Both the position numbers and the translations under genes were made by a program. Source: Candidatus Poribacteria bacterium (GTDB lineage Bacteria > Poribacteria > WGA-4E > WGA-3G). From it: a stretch of DNA of 64,000 nucleotides. Location: contig CAXXUA010000015.1 in the NCBI GenBank assembly GCA_963663765.2, positions 352,001 through 416,000 on the forward strand, read 5' to 3'. Positions 21,190 to 32,472 of the stretch are shown in pieces (position 1 is the stretch's first letter; each line of letters opens with the position of its first letter). The notes beneath the pieces are model-generated. The model was not told where the DNA came from and did not search any database. It saw only the letters and a program-made list of their open reading frames with translations.

Positions 21190-21915
21190 ATGATGAAATT
21201 ACAGTTACCCACAATCATAATCGTCTGCTTTTCTGTTGTTCTTATACTCACGATACATTTTTGGGGTGGAAGGGATTTTCAAACCATTGAAGAAGGAAAT
21301 GATGAGAGCATTGAGTTTAGGTTAATCAGGATAGATGCTAAAAACGCATATATTGCAAAGGACTATCACAATGCAATTGAATTATATGACCAGGCTTTTG
21401 ATATGCGTCCAGATAATGCAGAAGTCTGTAATGATCTCGGTTCTGCTCATTACGACCTTGCGATTAAGAATGCCGGTCCTCTCTGGCCAGCTTGGAAGGA
21501 TATAACTGTTAGTGGATCGGTTGAGGAAGCAATTACAGAACTTGATTTAGCAATAGAAAAAGTAGAATCTGGTTATTTTCGTATAAAAACAAACTCTACT
21601 TCCATTGCAAGAGATTTACAGGCAATAGCAGTTGACAAAGGTGCATCAGTATTTCCATATTACGGAAGCACACAGACAACCCTTAATATTCTGATTGGCC
21701 CTACAAAAGAACACTTACTACAAGCGAAGTTGTTATATCAAAGATCAATTGAACTGAAGTCTACATATCCAGCACCTTATCGCAATCTTGGATCGTTGTA
21801 TATGAAGATCGGAATTACTGATAAGGCGATTAATTTATATCGGGAAGCGCATAAACGCCAACCAAGTGACGAAGAACTTGCAGAATATCTACACCAATTT
21901 AAAAGCGGTTTCTAA
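21190..21915 (+). CDS. Membrane-anchored TPR protein
   Basis: N-terminal TM; TPR units (CNDLGSAHY, YRNLGSLY) separated by an inserted domain. Confidence 0.7.
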   Translation: MMKLQLPTIIIVCFSVVLILTIHFWGGRDFQTIEEGNDESIEFRLIRIDAKNAYIAKDYHNAIELYDQAFDMRPDNAEVCNDLGSAHYDLAIKNAGPLWPAWKDITVSGSVEEAITELDLAIEKVESGYFRIKTNSTSIARDLQAIAVDKGASVFPYYGSTQTTLNILIGPTKEHLLQAKLLYQRSIELKSTYPAPYRNLGSLYMKIGITDKAINLYREAHKRQPSDEELAEYLHQFKSGF

Positions 21916-21943
21916 CTACATCATTATTTAGGGCAATATTTTA

Positions 21944-22155
21944 CAGGACTTACGCAAAAACGGTAGGTGGTGAATGTCTAAAGAAGCATGCGCGTATGGC
22001 ATGCTCCATGATTCATACCCAGGGAATGCCAAAAGGCATTCATACCGTTGATTTTTTGATTTTTTGATTTGGCGCTGGAAACCTTTTAAAAAGCTGATAA
22101 TTACATCATTTTCATCATAATTCTTGATTAAAACAAGAAAACTGCATAAGTCCTA
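21944..22155. mobile_element. MITE family A, copy 2 (212 bp, more degenerate)
   Basis: CAGGACTTACGCA ... TGCATAAGTCCTA; perfect 7-bp flanking repeat TATTTTA (21937-21943 / 22156-22162). Confidence 0.8.
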
Positions 22156-22296
22156 TATTTTAATGAAACTGGCTTCACACCACTTAGCATTGACACAGAG
22201 TGCTCAAGACAAACGGAATTCTGTTGATTTCAATTTTCACAAGAAATGAGAGTTTTTTGCTGAGTATGGTGTTTGTGTATTGAAAAGCAGCTGATT

Positions 22297-25200
22297 ATGA
22301 ATAATCATAAGCAACTACGTTGTTCCGAATGCGGATTCATGAATCTGCCTGTCAATTTTTGCGGTCAATGCGGCAATAATATTGACAATACTGTTACACC
22401 AATCATTTCTTCATCTATCAACAAAGCAGAAAGACGACAACTTACCGTTCTATTCTGTGATGTAATAGATTCAACAGCGTTGACAGAACAACTAGACCCA
22501 GAGGATTTAAGACAAGTATTAGACGCATATCGAGAATCTGTCGCGAAAGTTGTGTTAGAATTTGATGGACATATCGCAAGATATTTTGGTGATGGTATTC
22601 TTGTATACTTCGGCTATCCGATTGCTCATGAAAACGCAACCCATCGAGCAGTTCAATCAGCATTGAAAATTGTAGCAGGTTTAGACGATTTGAATTCTCG
22701 TTTGATAGAAACATTTGGTATTCAGATACAAACACGACTTAGTATTGATACAGGTTTGGTAGTAGTGTGGGAAGTTGGGATGCCTATGGGTATGACAGAT
22801 GGATATATCCCCGCTTTGGAAAGATACCACGGCGATGCAATTGACATTGTCGGAAAAACACCTAACATTGCAGCGCGCATGCAGCAGATTGCACCACCTA
22901 ACGGGATCGTCGTTGGTGAAACGACTCTCAAATTGATAGAAGGACATTTCACATACAAAGACTTTGGCACGATATCAATTAAAGGGATTTCTCTACCAAT
23001 TCCAATATTTCAAATACTTGATGAATACCCAGATAGTAACCTACTAGCATTTAGACGTGAACAGAATATATTACCGCAGCAGACAAATCTAACACGGTTA
23101 ATTGGAAGAACACGTCAAGTTGCAACTTTATTGGAACGGTGGGAACTCGTTGGTACCGCTTCTGGTCAAGTCGTACTGATAGATGGAGAGGCTGGTATCG
23201 GTAAGTCACGAATTGTCGCAGTGATTGCAGAACAGGCAGCACAAGAGAACGCATTAATCCTTGAATGTCGTGGTTCTCCAGATTCCCAAAATAGTCCGCT
23301 CTACCCAATTCTTTCGCTTTTAAGACATCAATTATTAAAATTTAGTGGAACAGATACAGAAATCATACGTTTGCAGAAACTTGAACAGTTTCTAACAAAA
23401 CAAAAACTTTCAATAAATCTCTTACCTCACTTGGCAGAACTCTTAGAAATACAGGGTGATTTCAACAACAGTAGTATAAAACCTGAACAAAGACGTATAA
23501 CTACTTTACAGACACTTGTTCAGATATTCCTTAAAGCAGCACAGCGAAAAACGCTATTACTGATTTTTGAAGACTTACATTGGGTGGATCCTTCAACATT
23601 GGAGTTTCTTCAACTCCTAACAACTCGTTTGGAAAACGCTGCAATTCTTGCTATTCTAACATCACGTGCAGAAATGGCTGTCAATCAGGACAGCATGCAA
23701 GCAATAGGTAGAGCAAAACTAAAAACACTTATTGAATTGGATTGGGTTACGCAGATTACTTTAAATCAACTAAACAGAAGACAGGTTTCACAAATGATCG
23801 CAGAAGTAGCAGGAGATCAAAAAATACCTGAGGACGTTTCTAAACAAATAGCTGAAAAAACAGAAGGCGTTCCCTTATTTGTAGAAGAAATGACACGTAT
23901 GGCAATTGAATCCGATCTTCAAAGTATAGACGTTACTTCAGAAATACCCGCAACATTACATGAGTCTTTGACAGCAAGACTTGACCGGCTTGGGACTCGT
24001 AAAGAAATTGTACAACTTGGTGCAGCACTCGGAAGAGAATGGACTGCAGAACTCTTACACAAAGTCATTGTAAGTATGACTGAAGAACCTGATAAGAGTG
24101 AGTTTTTAACACACCCCGATCTGATAACGGAATTTCGTCCTACTACAGAACAGAACGTTGACCTTACTTGGCTTGAGAATGAATTACAGCAACTTGTTGA
24201 AGCAGAGATTCTACGTTGTAGACGATCTCATGAGAATAAACTAATTTACACTTTCAAACATCCTATGCTTCGTGAAACAGCTTATCAAACTTTATTAATA
24301 AGCACCCGTCAGGCGTATCACCGTCGTATCGCAGCAGTGTTACGTAAGTCATTTAAGGAAGTTGTTAGAGCACAACCAGAATTAGTTGCATATCATTATA
24401 CTGAGGGAGAAATGCACGCACGAGCTATTGAGTATTGGCAACAAGCAGGACAAAGAGCAGTAGAAAGGTCTGCGAATGTTGAAGGAGTCCAGCACTTATC
24501 ACAGGGTTTGGCATTGTTAAAAGAAATGCCAGACTCCCCAGCACGAGCAGCACGTGAGTTGGTCATTCAAACTACCTTAGGTCCAGCACTTATTGCAACT
24601 ATGGGGTATGCTGCTGTTGAAGTTGAAGAAACTTATACACGGGCAAAGACTCTATTAGAAACAATGCCAAATTACGAACGGATGCTACTCAGATTCCCTA
24701 TCCTGTTTGGTCTGTGGCTTTCTTATCTCGTGCAGGGAAAGTTACAAATCGCGAGAGAAATCGGGGAGCAGTGTCTTGCAATGGCACAGCACCAGGACAA
24801 TAGTGTGTTGGAAGTGGAAGCACATCGCGCATTAGGTGCAACTTTATTTTATCTGGGTGAGTTAAATATGGCACGTAAACACATTGAAGCTGGAATTAAA
24901 AGATACAACCCAAATCAGCATCCTGTACATGCATTCTTCCATTATCTTGCTGACCCCGGTATGACCCTGCATTCTTATGCTGCCCCCTTGTTATGGTATT
25001 TAGGTTATCCTGAACAAGCTGAAGCACAGTTGCAAGCAGCTCAAAAAATGGGTGAGCAACGACCTCATCCTTTTAGCCAAGTAGTTTTTCTACACTTTAG
25101 TGCAATGCTATACTTACAATGTCGTAATTTAGAAAAAGTTAATTCCTATGCAACTGATCTGCTTGTAACGTGTAGAGAGCACGGCTTCTCTGTTTGGGAA

Positions 25201-25794
25201 CCGACAGGTAAGATCATGAAAGGTTGGGTAATTCAGCAGATGGCTGACGACACACAACAAGAGGGAATTGCATTAATTCAAGAAGGGATTGCTGAATGGG
25301 AAGCAAACCGTTCTCGGATTTTACAACCTGTCAATCTTAGTATTCTTGCTGAAGCATATAGTTATTGTGATAGAATACAAGAAGGTCTCCAGGTAATTGA
25401 AAAAGCACTTGACGCTGTTGTTGAAATTGGTGAACACACAAATGAAGCAGAATTGTATCGCTTAAAGGGTGAGTTAATGTTGAAAACGGAAGAAAATAAC
25501 ATCTCAGTGACATACGATAATAGTAAGAAAAAACAATTTTCATTAGATATTCAACAAAAAGCGGAAGATTGTTTTGAAAAGGCATTGTATATTGCAAGAT
25601 ACCAAGAAGCAAAATCGTGGGAACTCCGAGCTGCAATCAGTCTTAGCAAACTCATGATTACACAGAACAGACATGATGCAGCATATAATCTGTTGAAACC
25701 TATTTACGAATGGTTCACAGAGGGATTTGCAACAGCAGACTTAGTAGAAGCAAAGAACTTAATAGAAAAATTAAATGGAGAAGTAACTGAATGA
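22297..25794 (+). CDS. Zinc ribbon + class III adenylate/guanylate cyclase + STAND-type AAA ATPase + TPR protein
   Basis: CSECG..CGQCG; RRQLTVLFCD, YFGDG, PNIAARMQ; Walker A GEAGIGKSR; Walker B FEDLHWVD; C-terminal AKSWELRAA..WFTEGF. Confidence 0.88.
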   Translation: MNNHKQLRCSECGFMNLPVNFCGQCGNNIDNTVTPIISSSINKAERRQLTVLFCDVIDSTALTEQLDPEDLRQVLDAYRESVAKVVLEFDGHIARYFGDGILVYFGYPIAHENATHRAVQSALKIVAGLDDLNSRLIETFGIQIQTRLSIDTGLVVVWEVGMPMGMTDGYIPALERYHGDAIDIVGKTPNIAARMQQIAPPNGIVVGETTLKLIEGHFTYKDFGTISIKGISLPIPIFQILDEYPDSNLLAFRREQNILPQQTNLTRLIGRTRQVATLLERWELVGTASGQVVLIDGEAGIGKSRIVAVIAEQAAQENALILECRGSPDSQNSPLYPILSLLRHQLLKFSGTDTEIIRLQKLEQFLTKQKLSINLLPHLAELLEIQGDFNNSSIKPEQRRITTLQTLVQIFLKAAQRKTLLLIFEDLHWVDPSTLEFLQLLTTRLENAAILAILTSRAEMAVNQDSMQAIGRAKLKTLIELDWVTQITLNQLNRRQVSQMIAEVAGDQKIPEDVSKQIAEKTEGVPLFVEEMTRMAIESDLQSIDVTSEIPATLHESLTARLDRLGTRKEIVQLGAALGREWTAELLHKVIVSMTEEPDKSEFLTHPDLITEFRPTTEQNVDLTWLENELQQLVEAEILRCRRSHENKLIYTFKHPMLRETAYQTLLISTRQAYHRRIAAVLRKSFKEVVRAQPELVAYHYTEGEMHARAIEYWQQAGQRAVERSANVEGVQHLSQGLALLKEMPDSPARAARELVIQTTLGPALIATMGYAAVEVEETYTRAKTLLETMPNYERMLLRFPILFGLWLSYLVQGKLQIAREIGEQCLAMAQHQDNSVLEVEAHRALGATLFYLGELNMARKHIEAGIKRYNPNQHPVHAFFHYLADPGMTLHSYAAPLLWYLGYPEQAEAQLQAAQKMGEQRPHPFSQVVFLHFSAMLYLQCRNLEKVNSYATDLLVTCREHGFSVWEPTGKIMKGWVIQQMADDTQQEGIALIQEGIAEWEANRSRILQPVNLSILAEAYSYCDRIQEGLQVIEKALDAVVEIGEHTNEAELYRLKGELMLKTEENNISVTYDNSKKKQFSLDIQQKAEDCFEKALYIARYQEAKSWELRAAISLSKLMITQNRHDAAYNLLKPIYEWFTEGFATADLVEAKNLIEKLNGEVTE

Positions 25795-26651
25795 GACTTG
25801 GTGTAGTTGGGATGTGTGGAGATTTTCGCACAATAAACCAAAATGAAATAGACTCAATTAAAGAACTTCAATTTACAGGTGTGAGTTTTCATTTCGCAAG
25901 TGAAAAAATATCTGATGTTACTCCTGACGAGATCAAAAATTGTCGATTTCTCCTTGAAAACGCACATCTTGATCTGGTACAATTTGGAATAACATATCAG
26001 GAGTGTCTCTTTGATCCACATTCCTCAATTCGCAAGGCAGCTATTGAAGCAGTAAATTGTGGTATGACTGTAGCAAGAGAACTTGGTACGTTCTTTTATC
26101 TATTCAGACCCGGTAGTCTAAATCCACAGGGGGCATGGACATCACACAAAGACAACCATCTACCAGAATCTTTCGAGAGATTAGTTGAAACGTTGAAACC
26201 CATCGCGGAAAATGCAGAACGCGAAGAATTAACTCTTGTGATGGAAACACATGCAATCTCTATTATGGATTCTCCAGAAACATGTAAAGAGGTCGTGGAA
26301 AGAGTCGGTTCAGATCGATTACGGATTGTTATGGATTTTGTTAATCATTTCCAATCCCTACGACAGGTTTATGAGAGTGAAGCGCGACTCAATCATATTT
26401 TTGATGTTATGGGACCTTTTGCTCCGATGGCACACATAAAAGACATCCAAGTTGAAAATGGTTTAGTATTACATCTAAACGAGGAAGTTCCAGGTGAGGG
26501 AGAATTGGAATTAGAAATTGCATTGAAACGGTTTGACACACTATATCCAGATGGATATGGATTGATAGAACATTTACCGAAGGAAAAAATTCCAATCGCA
26601 AATGCAAATATACGTAATATTGCATCTGAAAATGGTGTAACCATATATTAA
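25791..26651 (+). CDS. Sugar phosphate isomerase/epimerase (xylose isomerase-like TIM barrel)
   Basis: VMETH, VMDFVNH, AHIKD, PGEG, LIEH metal-binding pattern. Confidence 0.8.
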   Translation: MRLGVVGMCGDFRTINQNEIDSIKELQFTGVSFHFASEKISDVTPDEIKNCRFLLENAHLDLVQFGITYQECLFDPHSSIRKAAIEAVNCGMTVARELGTFFYLFRPGSLNPQGAWTSHKDNHLPESFERLVETLKPIAENAEREELTLVMETHAISIMDSPETCKEVVERVGSDRLRIVMDFVNHFQSLRQVYESEARLNHIFDVMGPFAPMAHIKDIQVENGLVLHLNEEVPGEGELELEIALKRFDTLYPDGYGLIEHLPKEKIPIANANIRNIASENGVTIY

Positions 26652-26667
26652 TAGGAGTACCTTCAAC

Positions 26668-29064
26668 ATGTTGACGAAAAGACAATTCTTGCTGTTGATC
26701 CTAATACTCGGTATGGTGTTTTCTGCTTATTCTGTGATCGGTCAAGAAGAAGGATCTACAGATGATGCTGAGGATAGTCCCGGGAGTTTTTGGAATAGAC
26801 TACTTTTTCCTGTTATTGTCGCTGTTGCAATGTTTGTAATTCATGGAATAGCCTACTTAGTACGACTGTTTAAAAAAGACAGATTGCAAAAGACATTGAT
26901 GAATAAATATGTAGTCTTTCACTTGAAAGACGGTCAACGATATCATGGCACAATGCGTTTAGATTTGAAGGGTGCAGAAATTATATCTGAAGAATCCAGA
27001 CAACGTGGACAAGCACCAAGTTATATCTTTAAACAGGGACAATTAGAAAAGAGTATCGGTGCATATATTCGTTACCATGATACAATGAATGAACGTGAAA
27101 AACGCGAACGTCTTTGGGAACATGAACGTTTGCTCAATCCTCCATTGACACAACGAATAGTCAGAAAAGTCAGAAATATGTTCCTTGAACTTGGTCAAGC
27201 TGTAAAAAATGCTATGAATATGGTTGTTACCGGTCTTAAAGGTGCAGCAAAACCGATAACACAGCAGTTGGAACGTATTGATACGGCTGCATCGGAATTT
27301 GGTGGACAAGGATCTGCCGTGAAGGAACTTAATACCATCTTGGATGAACCCAAAGGTTTTATGGCAGAGGAAAGTTATGAAAGAATTATTGAACGACTCG
27401 TTGGAACGCGAGTCAAATTCCAAATTAGCGGTGTGAAACATGCAGATGGCGTATACATGGGAATATTAAAGGATTATAATGAAAAACACATGTCCTTCAT
27501 GAACATAAAAGATAAAGACGGTAAAGGTTTCAGGGATCAATGGGCTATAGAAAAAGAATATAAAGGCAATATCAACAACTTCAATATACGCGATGACCGT
27601 GGACTCAGATCTCGCCTGGTAGAAAATAATAATAATTATTTTGTAATATTTGAAAATAATACTGCTTATGCAATCCAAGTTGGTAAGATACGATTGCATG
27701 ACGGTTCACCAGATTGGGAGAGAAATCTTGAGTTTAAATGGCACATTGAACCACTCAGTGTTAGAAGGATTCGTCTGAATCCTGTTTCAAATCATAAAAT
27801 TAGTCCTTTTGATAAAGTCAGTATCCGAGAAAACAGAACACCAAGGAATTTTAAGAAATTACGTATAGAATTCAGATCTTTTCGTGATGCGGATGTTATT
27901 TTCCCGCGTGGTGGTGATGTATGTAAGATTATTGAAAGTGGAGAGAAACGTCAAGTTGAATCTTTTAGTCTTGCTTCGTTAACAGATACAATGCTTGATA
28001 GAAGTGAAATTGAGGAAATTGCAATACAAGATGCAGCAGGACGACCGATACACGGAATGAACCTTGTTCATGGCTACGTTACAAACGTCAATGAGGAACG
28101 GATAGATCTAAAGTCCGTAGATTCAAGTTACAGCCGCCGATGGGAAGTGGAAAGCGCGTATACGCACTTTGATAAAAAGCTGCGTTACAAGATTCCTTTC
28201 CGTCGTAAGTTGAATCCAATATTTGCCTACCGTCTTGTGGCACAACATGAACTTATTGAACAGATACGCGAAAACCCGCTGCAGAAAGAAGCCGTTGCAC
28301 AGTTAGCATATCCGAAAAAAGTGAAAAGAAGTCTAAGAGTTCCATTATTGAAAATGTTACCAACAAATTTAGATATTCCACTACCGCTCAAGTTGATGAC
28401 ATTCACGAGCAATGGAAAAAATGTGGAATTACCCATCCTTGAAAAGTTTGAGTATATAAATGAACATCGTATGCTCTATGAAACTGTTAATACCCTGCGG
28501 AATGAACGATTAGCAAAAATGGACATTTTATGGATTGGAAGTGGTGAAGTCTATAAGGGGGGGTATCGTCTAAACATTGATTCAGAACACCGTATCAAGA
28601 ACTTTGTCAGTCAAGGTGGTGTCGTTATTGTATCTGGACAGGATGTAAAAGCAAACTACAGACAGAGACGTGGTGCAGGATGGATACCGGAGCCGCTTAC
28701 AGGTCTTGAATATGATGAAACAGATGAACTCCTACCTACATCACAAGGTAGACGTAGTCGTATCTTCCATACACCTAACGTTCTTAACACAACACCAGAT
28801 ACTAAAGAAATACCATTGGTGCGACTTGACGATATGTGGGTAGATCCGCTTGGTAAGTGGAACTCCTTTGCGAAATCTACCGCACAAGATGCCTCAGCCT
28901 TGCTTACGCTTCCTTTCCAAGAAGGATTGTATATCGTCACAAGTCTAAAGAATGATACGGAAAGGGATGTTCAAATAAATGCTAAGATTATGGAAAATCT
29001 ATTACATTATTCAGTGAAGTGGTTGGATAACCAAAGGTGGAGACAAAGATTTAAGCTGCAATAG
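26668..29064 (+). CDS. Membrane-anchored hypothetical protein with a C-terminal glutamine-amidotransferase-like domain
   Basis: 798-aa ORF, GGAG RBS, signal/TM segments, DILWIGSGE...IKNFVSQGGVVIVSGQD. Confidence 0.6.
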   Translation: MLTKRQFLLLILILGMVFSAYSVIGQEEGSTDDAEDSPGSFWNRLLFPVIVAVAMFVIHGIAYLVRLFKKDRLQKTLMNKYVVFHLKDGQRYHGTMRLDLKGAEIISEESRQRGQAPSYIFKQGQLEKSIGAYIRYHDTMNEREKRERLWEHERLLNPPLTQRIVRKVRNMFLELGQAVKNAMNMVVTGLKGAAKPITQQLERIDTAASEFGGQGSAVKELNTILDEPKGFMAEESYERIIERLVGTRVKFQISGVKHADGVYMGILKDYNEKHMSFMNIKDKDGKGFRDQWAIEKEYKGNINNFNIRDDRGLRSRLVENNNNYFVIFENNTAYAIQVGKIRLHDGSPDWERNLEFKWHIEPLSVRRIRLNPVSNHKISPFDKVSIRENRTPRNFKKLRIEFRSFRDADVIFPRGGDVCKIIESGEKRQVESFSLASLTDTMLDRSEIEEIAIQDAAGRPIHGMNLVHGYVTNVNEERIDLKSVDSSYSRRWEVESAYTHFDKKLRYKIPFRRKLNPIFAYRLVAQHELIEQIRENPLQKEAVAQLAYPKKVKRSLRVPLLKMLPTNLDIPLPLKLMTFTSNGKNVELPILEKFEYINEHRMLYETVNTLRNERLAKMDILWIGSGEVYKGGYRLNIDSEHRIKNFVSQGGVVIVSGQDVKANYRQRRGAGWIPEPLTGLEYDETDELLPTSQGRRSRIFHTPNVLNTTPDTKEIPLVRLDDMWVDPLGKWNSFAKSTAQDASALLTLPFQEGLYIVTSLKNDTERDVQINAKIMENLLHYSVKWLDNQRWRQRFKLQ

Positions 29065-29105
29065 TGCAATTATTTTAATGCTTTTGTTGGATTGTTTTAA
29101 ATCCA

Positions 29106-32100
29106 TCAGTTTGATTGATTATTTTTCTTTTTCTTATTTCCCGCCTTTTTAGGGGCTGCTTGTCCATTACCGTTTTCTATAGCCGATGCAGCTTTCTTCA
29201 GTTCCTCTAATCCCTCTACAAGTATTGCAATTCGTTCTGAGAGTGTTGGCTCTTGCTCTTCGTCTTCTACAACTTCGGTATCATTTAAATCAGTAGATGG
29301 ATTGCTTAAAAACATTTTTTCTAAAGCTAAATCAAAGGACAAATCAGCTGCCAGTTCGTGATCAGCTGCTTTAACAACAATAGTTTGAAGTGTAGGTAGA
29401 TGTAAAATAGGATCAGTTTCGTCTGTGCTTCCATTTTTCTTTTTGTCGGTACGTTCAAAGTAGATTGGTTCAACATAAAAAATACCTTCCTCAATCGGAA
29501 TTACATGTAAATTGCCTCGGATGATTTTGTTTGGTTTCCAATTTCGGAATAATTCAGCTAATTCAGAATTCTTTGGGATATCATCTTCAACGTGTTTCGG
29601 ACCTTTTACATTCAAATCATCTGGAAGTGTATAGACAATACGTTGTCCATAATTTGGAGGGTCACAACGGGCAATTAACCATCCTTTCATAAAGTTTTCT
29701 TTACGAGGTGGTGTGAAGGGTATCATGTTAACAAATTCTATTTTTTCCTCTCCGGGTAACTTTAGCATGATATAATACGGCATCATTTCTTGATCAGGTG
29801 AATCAGAATAATATGCTTCCTTTGGAATTCTCCATTGTTTGTTTCTATGGAAAAAGGTTTCAGCATTTTCAACATGATAATTGCCATACATTTTAGCTTG
29901 AATTCGAGTCAGGTAATCCGGGAACCGACGGTGCTCTTTCAACCCATCAGGCATTTCATCAATATTTTTAAATAGATTTGGAAATGCTCTTTTATAGATT
30001 TCTGTTATTGTTTCATCAACAATGTCAGTATAATAGTTTACATCACCATTATATGCATTCACAACTGCCACTCCAGAATTTCTAATATAGTTAAATCTCT
30101 TGAATCTTTTATAGCGAGGTTCAGCATATAGTTCTACACCATTTTCTTCAATTGGAGCTGTATCGTCGGTATAGAATTGAGCATTTGGAAATTTATCACT
30201 AGTAACGTAAAAGTCAACTAACCACCACAATTTTCCATCATGTATAACTATATATGGATCTGGGTCATAATCAAGAAATGGAGCAATATGTGATAAACGG
30301 TCTTTTACAAGTTTTCTGTTACTTCGCGTTCCAATTTTGCGAGCAAACATAATTCTACTTTCTGGCTTCAAGGCAGAATTACGCAATATATAAACTGAAG
30401 TGAAACGAACAGCAAAACATAACCTTCTGAAAAACCCACCTAACTCAATTCCACCCGTACCAGTATAGTGATAGCCTTTTTCTGTATATTTCGATTTTTC
30501 GTCCTGTTTTGATTCATTCTTTTTATTCTTCTTATTGGTCTGACTAGTATCAGAGGTCTTTCCTTCTTCCAATTCCACGTTGTATTCAGGTTTTTTTGTA
30601 TTGACTATAACATATTCATCTGTCATTTCACCATAGTATATCCGTGGTTGCTCTACTTCTAATTCTTGATATGACATACCTTCTTTTTGAGTAATTGGTA
30701 CACCTTTAACCCATAAGTCTGGAGAACTGCCTCCACTTACAACTTCATTTACAGGTGCAACACAAACACCGTAACCGTGTGTAAATTTTAGCTTAAGTTC
30801 TCCCCATTCTTTTGGTCCTTTGTCAGGAGAAATTTCACGAGCAGCAATCATCACTTGTCTATATTGTTCTGAAGATACTGAAAGTATATCACCTTGATCT
30901 TGACCGATACTAGTGGATTCATTTGAATCAGTATCTTGTGTATTTTCTTCAGATCCAAGTGTTCTACCAAGGTGGTATCTATCAACATCAGTGTAGGGAT
31001 GAAATTCATGGTGTAATTTTATTTCTTCATTCCGAAAAATATTGTATAGTACTCTACGGTCCCAAAATTGGATGTTGTTTTTTACATCCGGATTCCGTTC
31101 AATTATATCAAGTGTAGCTAGTCCTTTTTCATAAGGTTTTTTTACAATTTTATCTAAATCGTAAGCTATGCGTGTATCTTTCATGTGATCAGTTAAATAG
31201 ACCTGTTCAACTGGATATGCTTCACCTGCAGTCCTAACTGCCCAAAAATTTACTCCTATAGGATATAAGTGAATTAATGTAATATAACTTGTAATCCAAA
31301 GAGTTATTAATGCATACCATATTATTCGTCTCCTCCAGAACAAATTTATTAGTAAGAATAGACCGATAGCAAGAAGAATAGCAGCATAAATATATGTAGA
31401 AAAAGCAAGTTTGTCATCTGCAAAGAAAATACCAGTAAGATGTGATATTCGTCTTGATAAAGAATGTGTATAAACCTTGCCCCAAAGATTTACTTGGCTT
31501 CTCCAGATTTCAACTGCTAACAACAGTATCCAGAGAAAGCTGCCATGCAAGACGATGTGCCTTTTCACGCGTCCCATAGAACGTGCATCCCGGCGATAGT
31601 AAAAGTTGTAGAGTAAACCAACAACTGCGCAAGTTACCAATACCATAATTTGCATCCAAAGACTGACTGCTTGATGAATTGGGAAGGAAAATAGAAAGAA
31701 ATTTCGGTCTTTGCCATATAAGAATGGTTCTATTTTCTCGGTTGGACGTTCTAAAAAGCGGATGAAGGTATCATGTAAAGACATCATTGGGACAGCAAGA
31801 ATGATAGCAAGTAGAATTGTACCTACAACAAGAGTCTTGTGAAAGGACTTAGTTCGATCATGTGTCCAACGTGAAAACTCTCGTGGTTCAGGACATAGAC
31901 GATTTGCTATGAAAGCATTTACGTTCATTAATGCTACAGCAACGAAGAAAAATCCAGCGAAAAGACCCCACTTTATTTTTCTTATAGTCCAGAAAACATC
32001 GGCATAACCAACATCCTCAAAATGCAATAGGTGTTCTGTATAGAGATATGCAAATGGATAGAAACTGATAACCAAGGAAATAACACCTATTCCCCACAGC

Positions 32101-32249
32101 AAGTATGCTTGAAATTTAAGGACTAATTTTCTATACCAGATTCCACGACGATACCTTAAGATACCCCATACGAACGTAATACAGATTAGGATTAGATTAA
32201 TTATTAACCAAGCAATCGCTATATCCGGTGTCATAATTGATGTCTCCAC
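29106..32249 (-). CDS. UPF0182-family membrane protein
   Basis: N-terminal TMs, DVDRY, FTHGYG, QPRIYYGE, APFLDYDPDPY, FNYIRNS, IRGNLHVIPI..YVEPIY. Confidence 0.9.
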   Translation of the reverse strand: METSIMTPDIAIAWLIINLILICITFVWGILRYRRGIWYRKLVLKFQAYLLWGIGVISLVISFYPFAYLYTEHLLHFEDVGYADVFWTIRKIKWGLFAGFFFVAVALMNVNAFIANRLCPEPREFSRWTHDRTKSFHKTLVVGTILLAIILAVPMMSLHDTFIRFLERPTEKIEPFLYGKDRNFFLFSFPIHQAVSLWMQIMVLVTCAVVGLLYNFYYRRDARSMGRVKRHIVLHGSFLWILLLAVEIWRSQVNLWGKVYTHSLSRRISHLTGIFFADDKLAFSTYIYAAILLAIGLFLLINLFWRRRIIWYALITLWITSYITLIHLYPIGVNFWAVRTAGEAYPVEQVYLTDHMKDTRIAYDLDKIVKKPYEKGLATLDIIERNPDVKNNIQFWDRRVLYNIFRNEEIKLHHEFHPYTDVDRYHLGRTLGSEENTQDTDSNESTSIGQDQGDILSVSSEQYRQVMIAAREISPDKGPKEWGELKLKFTHGYGVCVAPVNEVVSGGSSPDLWVKGVPITQKEGMSYQELEVEQPRIYYGEMTDEYVIVNTKKPEYNVELEEGKTSDTSQTNKKNKKNESKQDEKSKYTEKGYHYTGTGGIELGGFFRRLCFAVRFTSVYILRNSALKPESRIMFARKIGTRSNRKLVKDRLSHIAPFLDYDPDPYIVIHDGKLWWLVDFYVTSDKFPNAQFYTDDTAPIEENGVELYAEPRYKRFKRFNYIRNSGVAVVNAYNGDVNYYTDIVDETITEIYKRAFPNLFKNIDEMPDGLKEHRRFPDYLTRIQAKMYGNYHVENAETFFHRNKQWRIPKEAYYSDSPDQEMMPYYIMLKLPGEEKIEFVNMIPFTPPRKENFMKGWLIARCDPPNYGQRIVYTLPDDLNVKGPKHVEDDIPKNSELAELFRNWKPNKIIRGNLHVIPIEEGIFYVEPIYFERTDKKKNGSTDETDPILHLPTLQTIVVKAADHELAADLSFDLALEKMFLSNPSTDLNDTEVVEDEEQEPTLSERIAILVEGLEELKKAASAIENGNGQAAPKKAGNKKKKNNQSN

Positions 32250-32472
32250 AGTTTAGAATTAAGGACATGCTTTTACAATAACAAACATATTGTAATGGTA
32301 TGCTTTCCATATAAATAGAATACTATATTATTCTTGTCGTTGTCAAGGCAATCAGCAGAGGTAATCAATTGTCAAAGTGTACTCTTGTAGTTAGTGTTTT
32401 CAACCCCGATTTGCCATTTTTTGTAGTTGAGGTATGCTTCCTGTTGCTAGATCAGTCCTAATCGCGGAATAT

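Noticed and set aside
22184-22206. CIRCE-like TTAGCATTG-ACACA-GAGTGCTCA
   Set aside because: The spacer is 5 nt rather than 9, the arms are mismatched, and it is not upstream of a chaperone gene.
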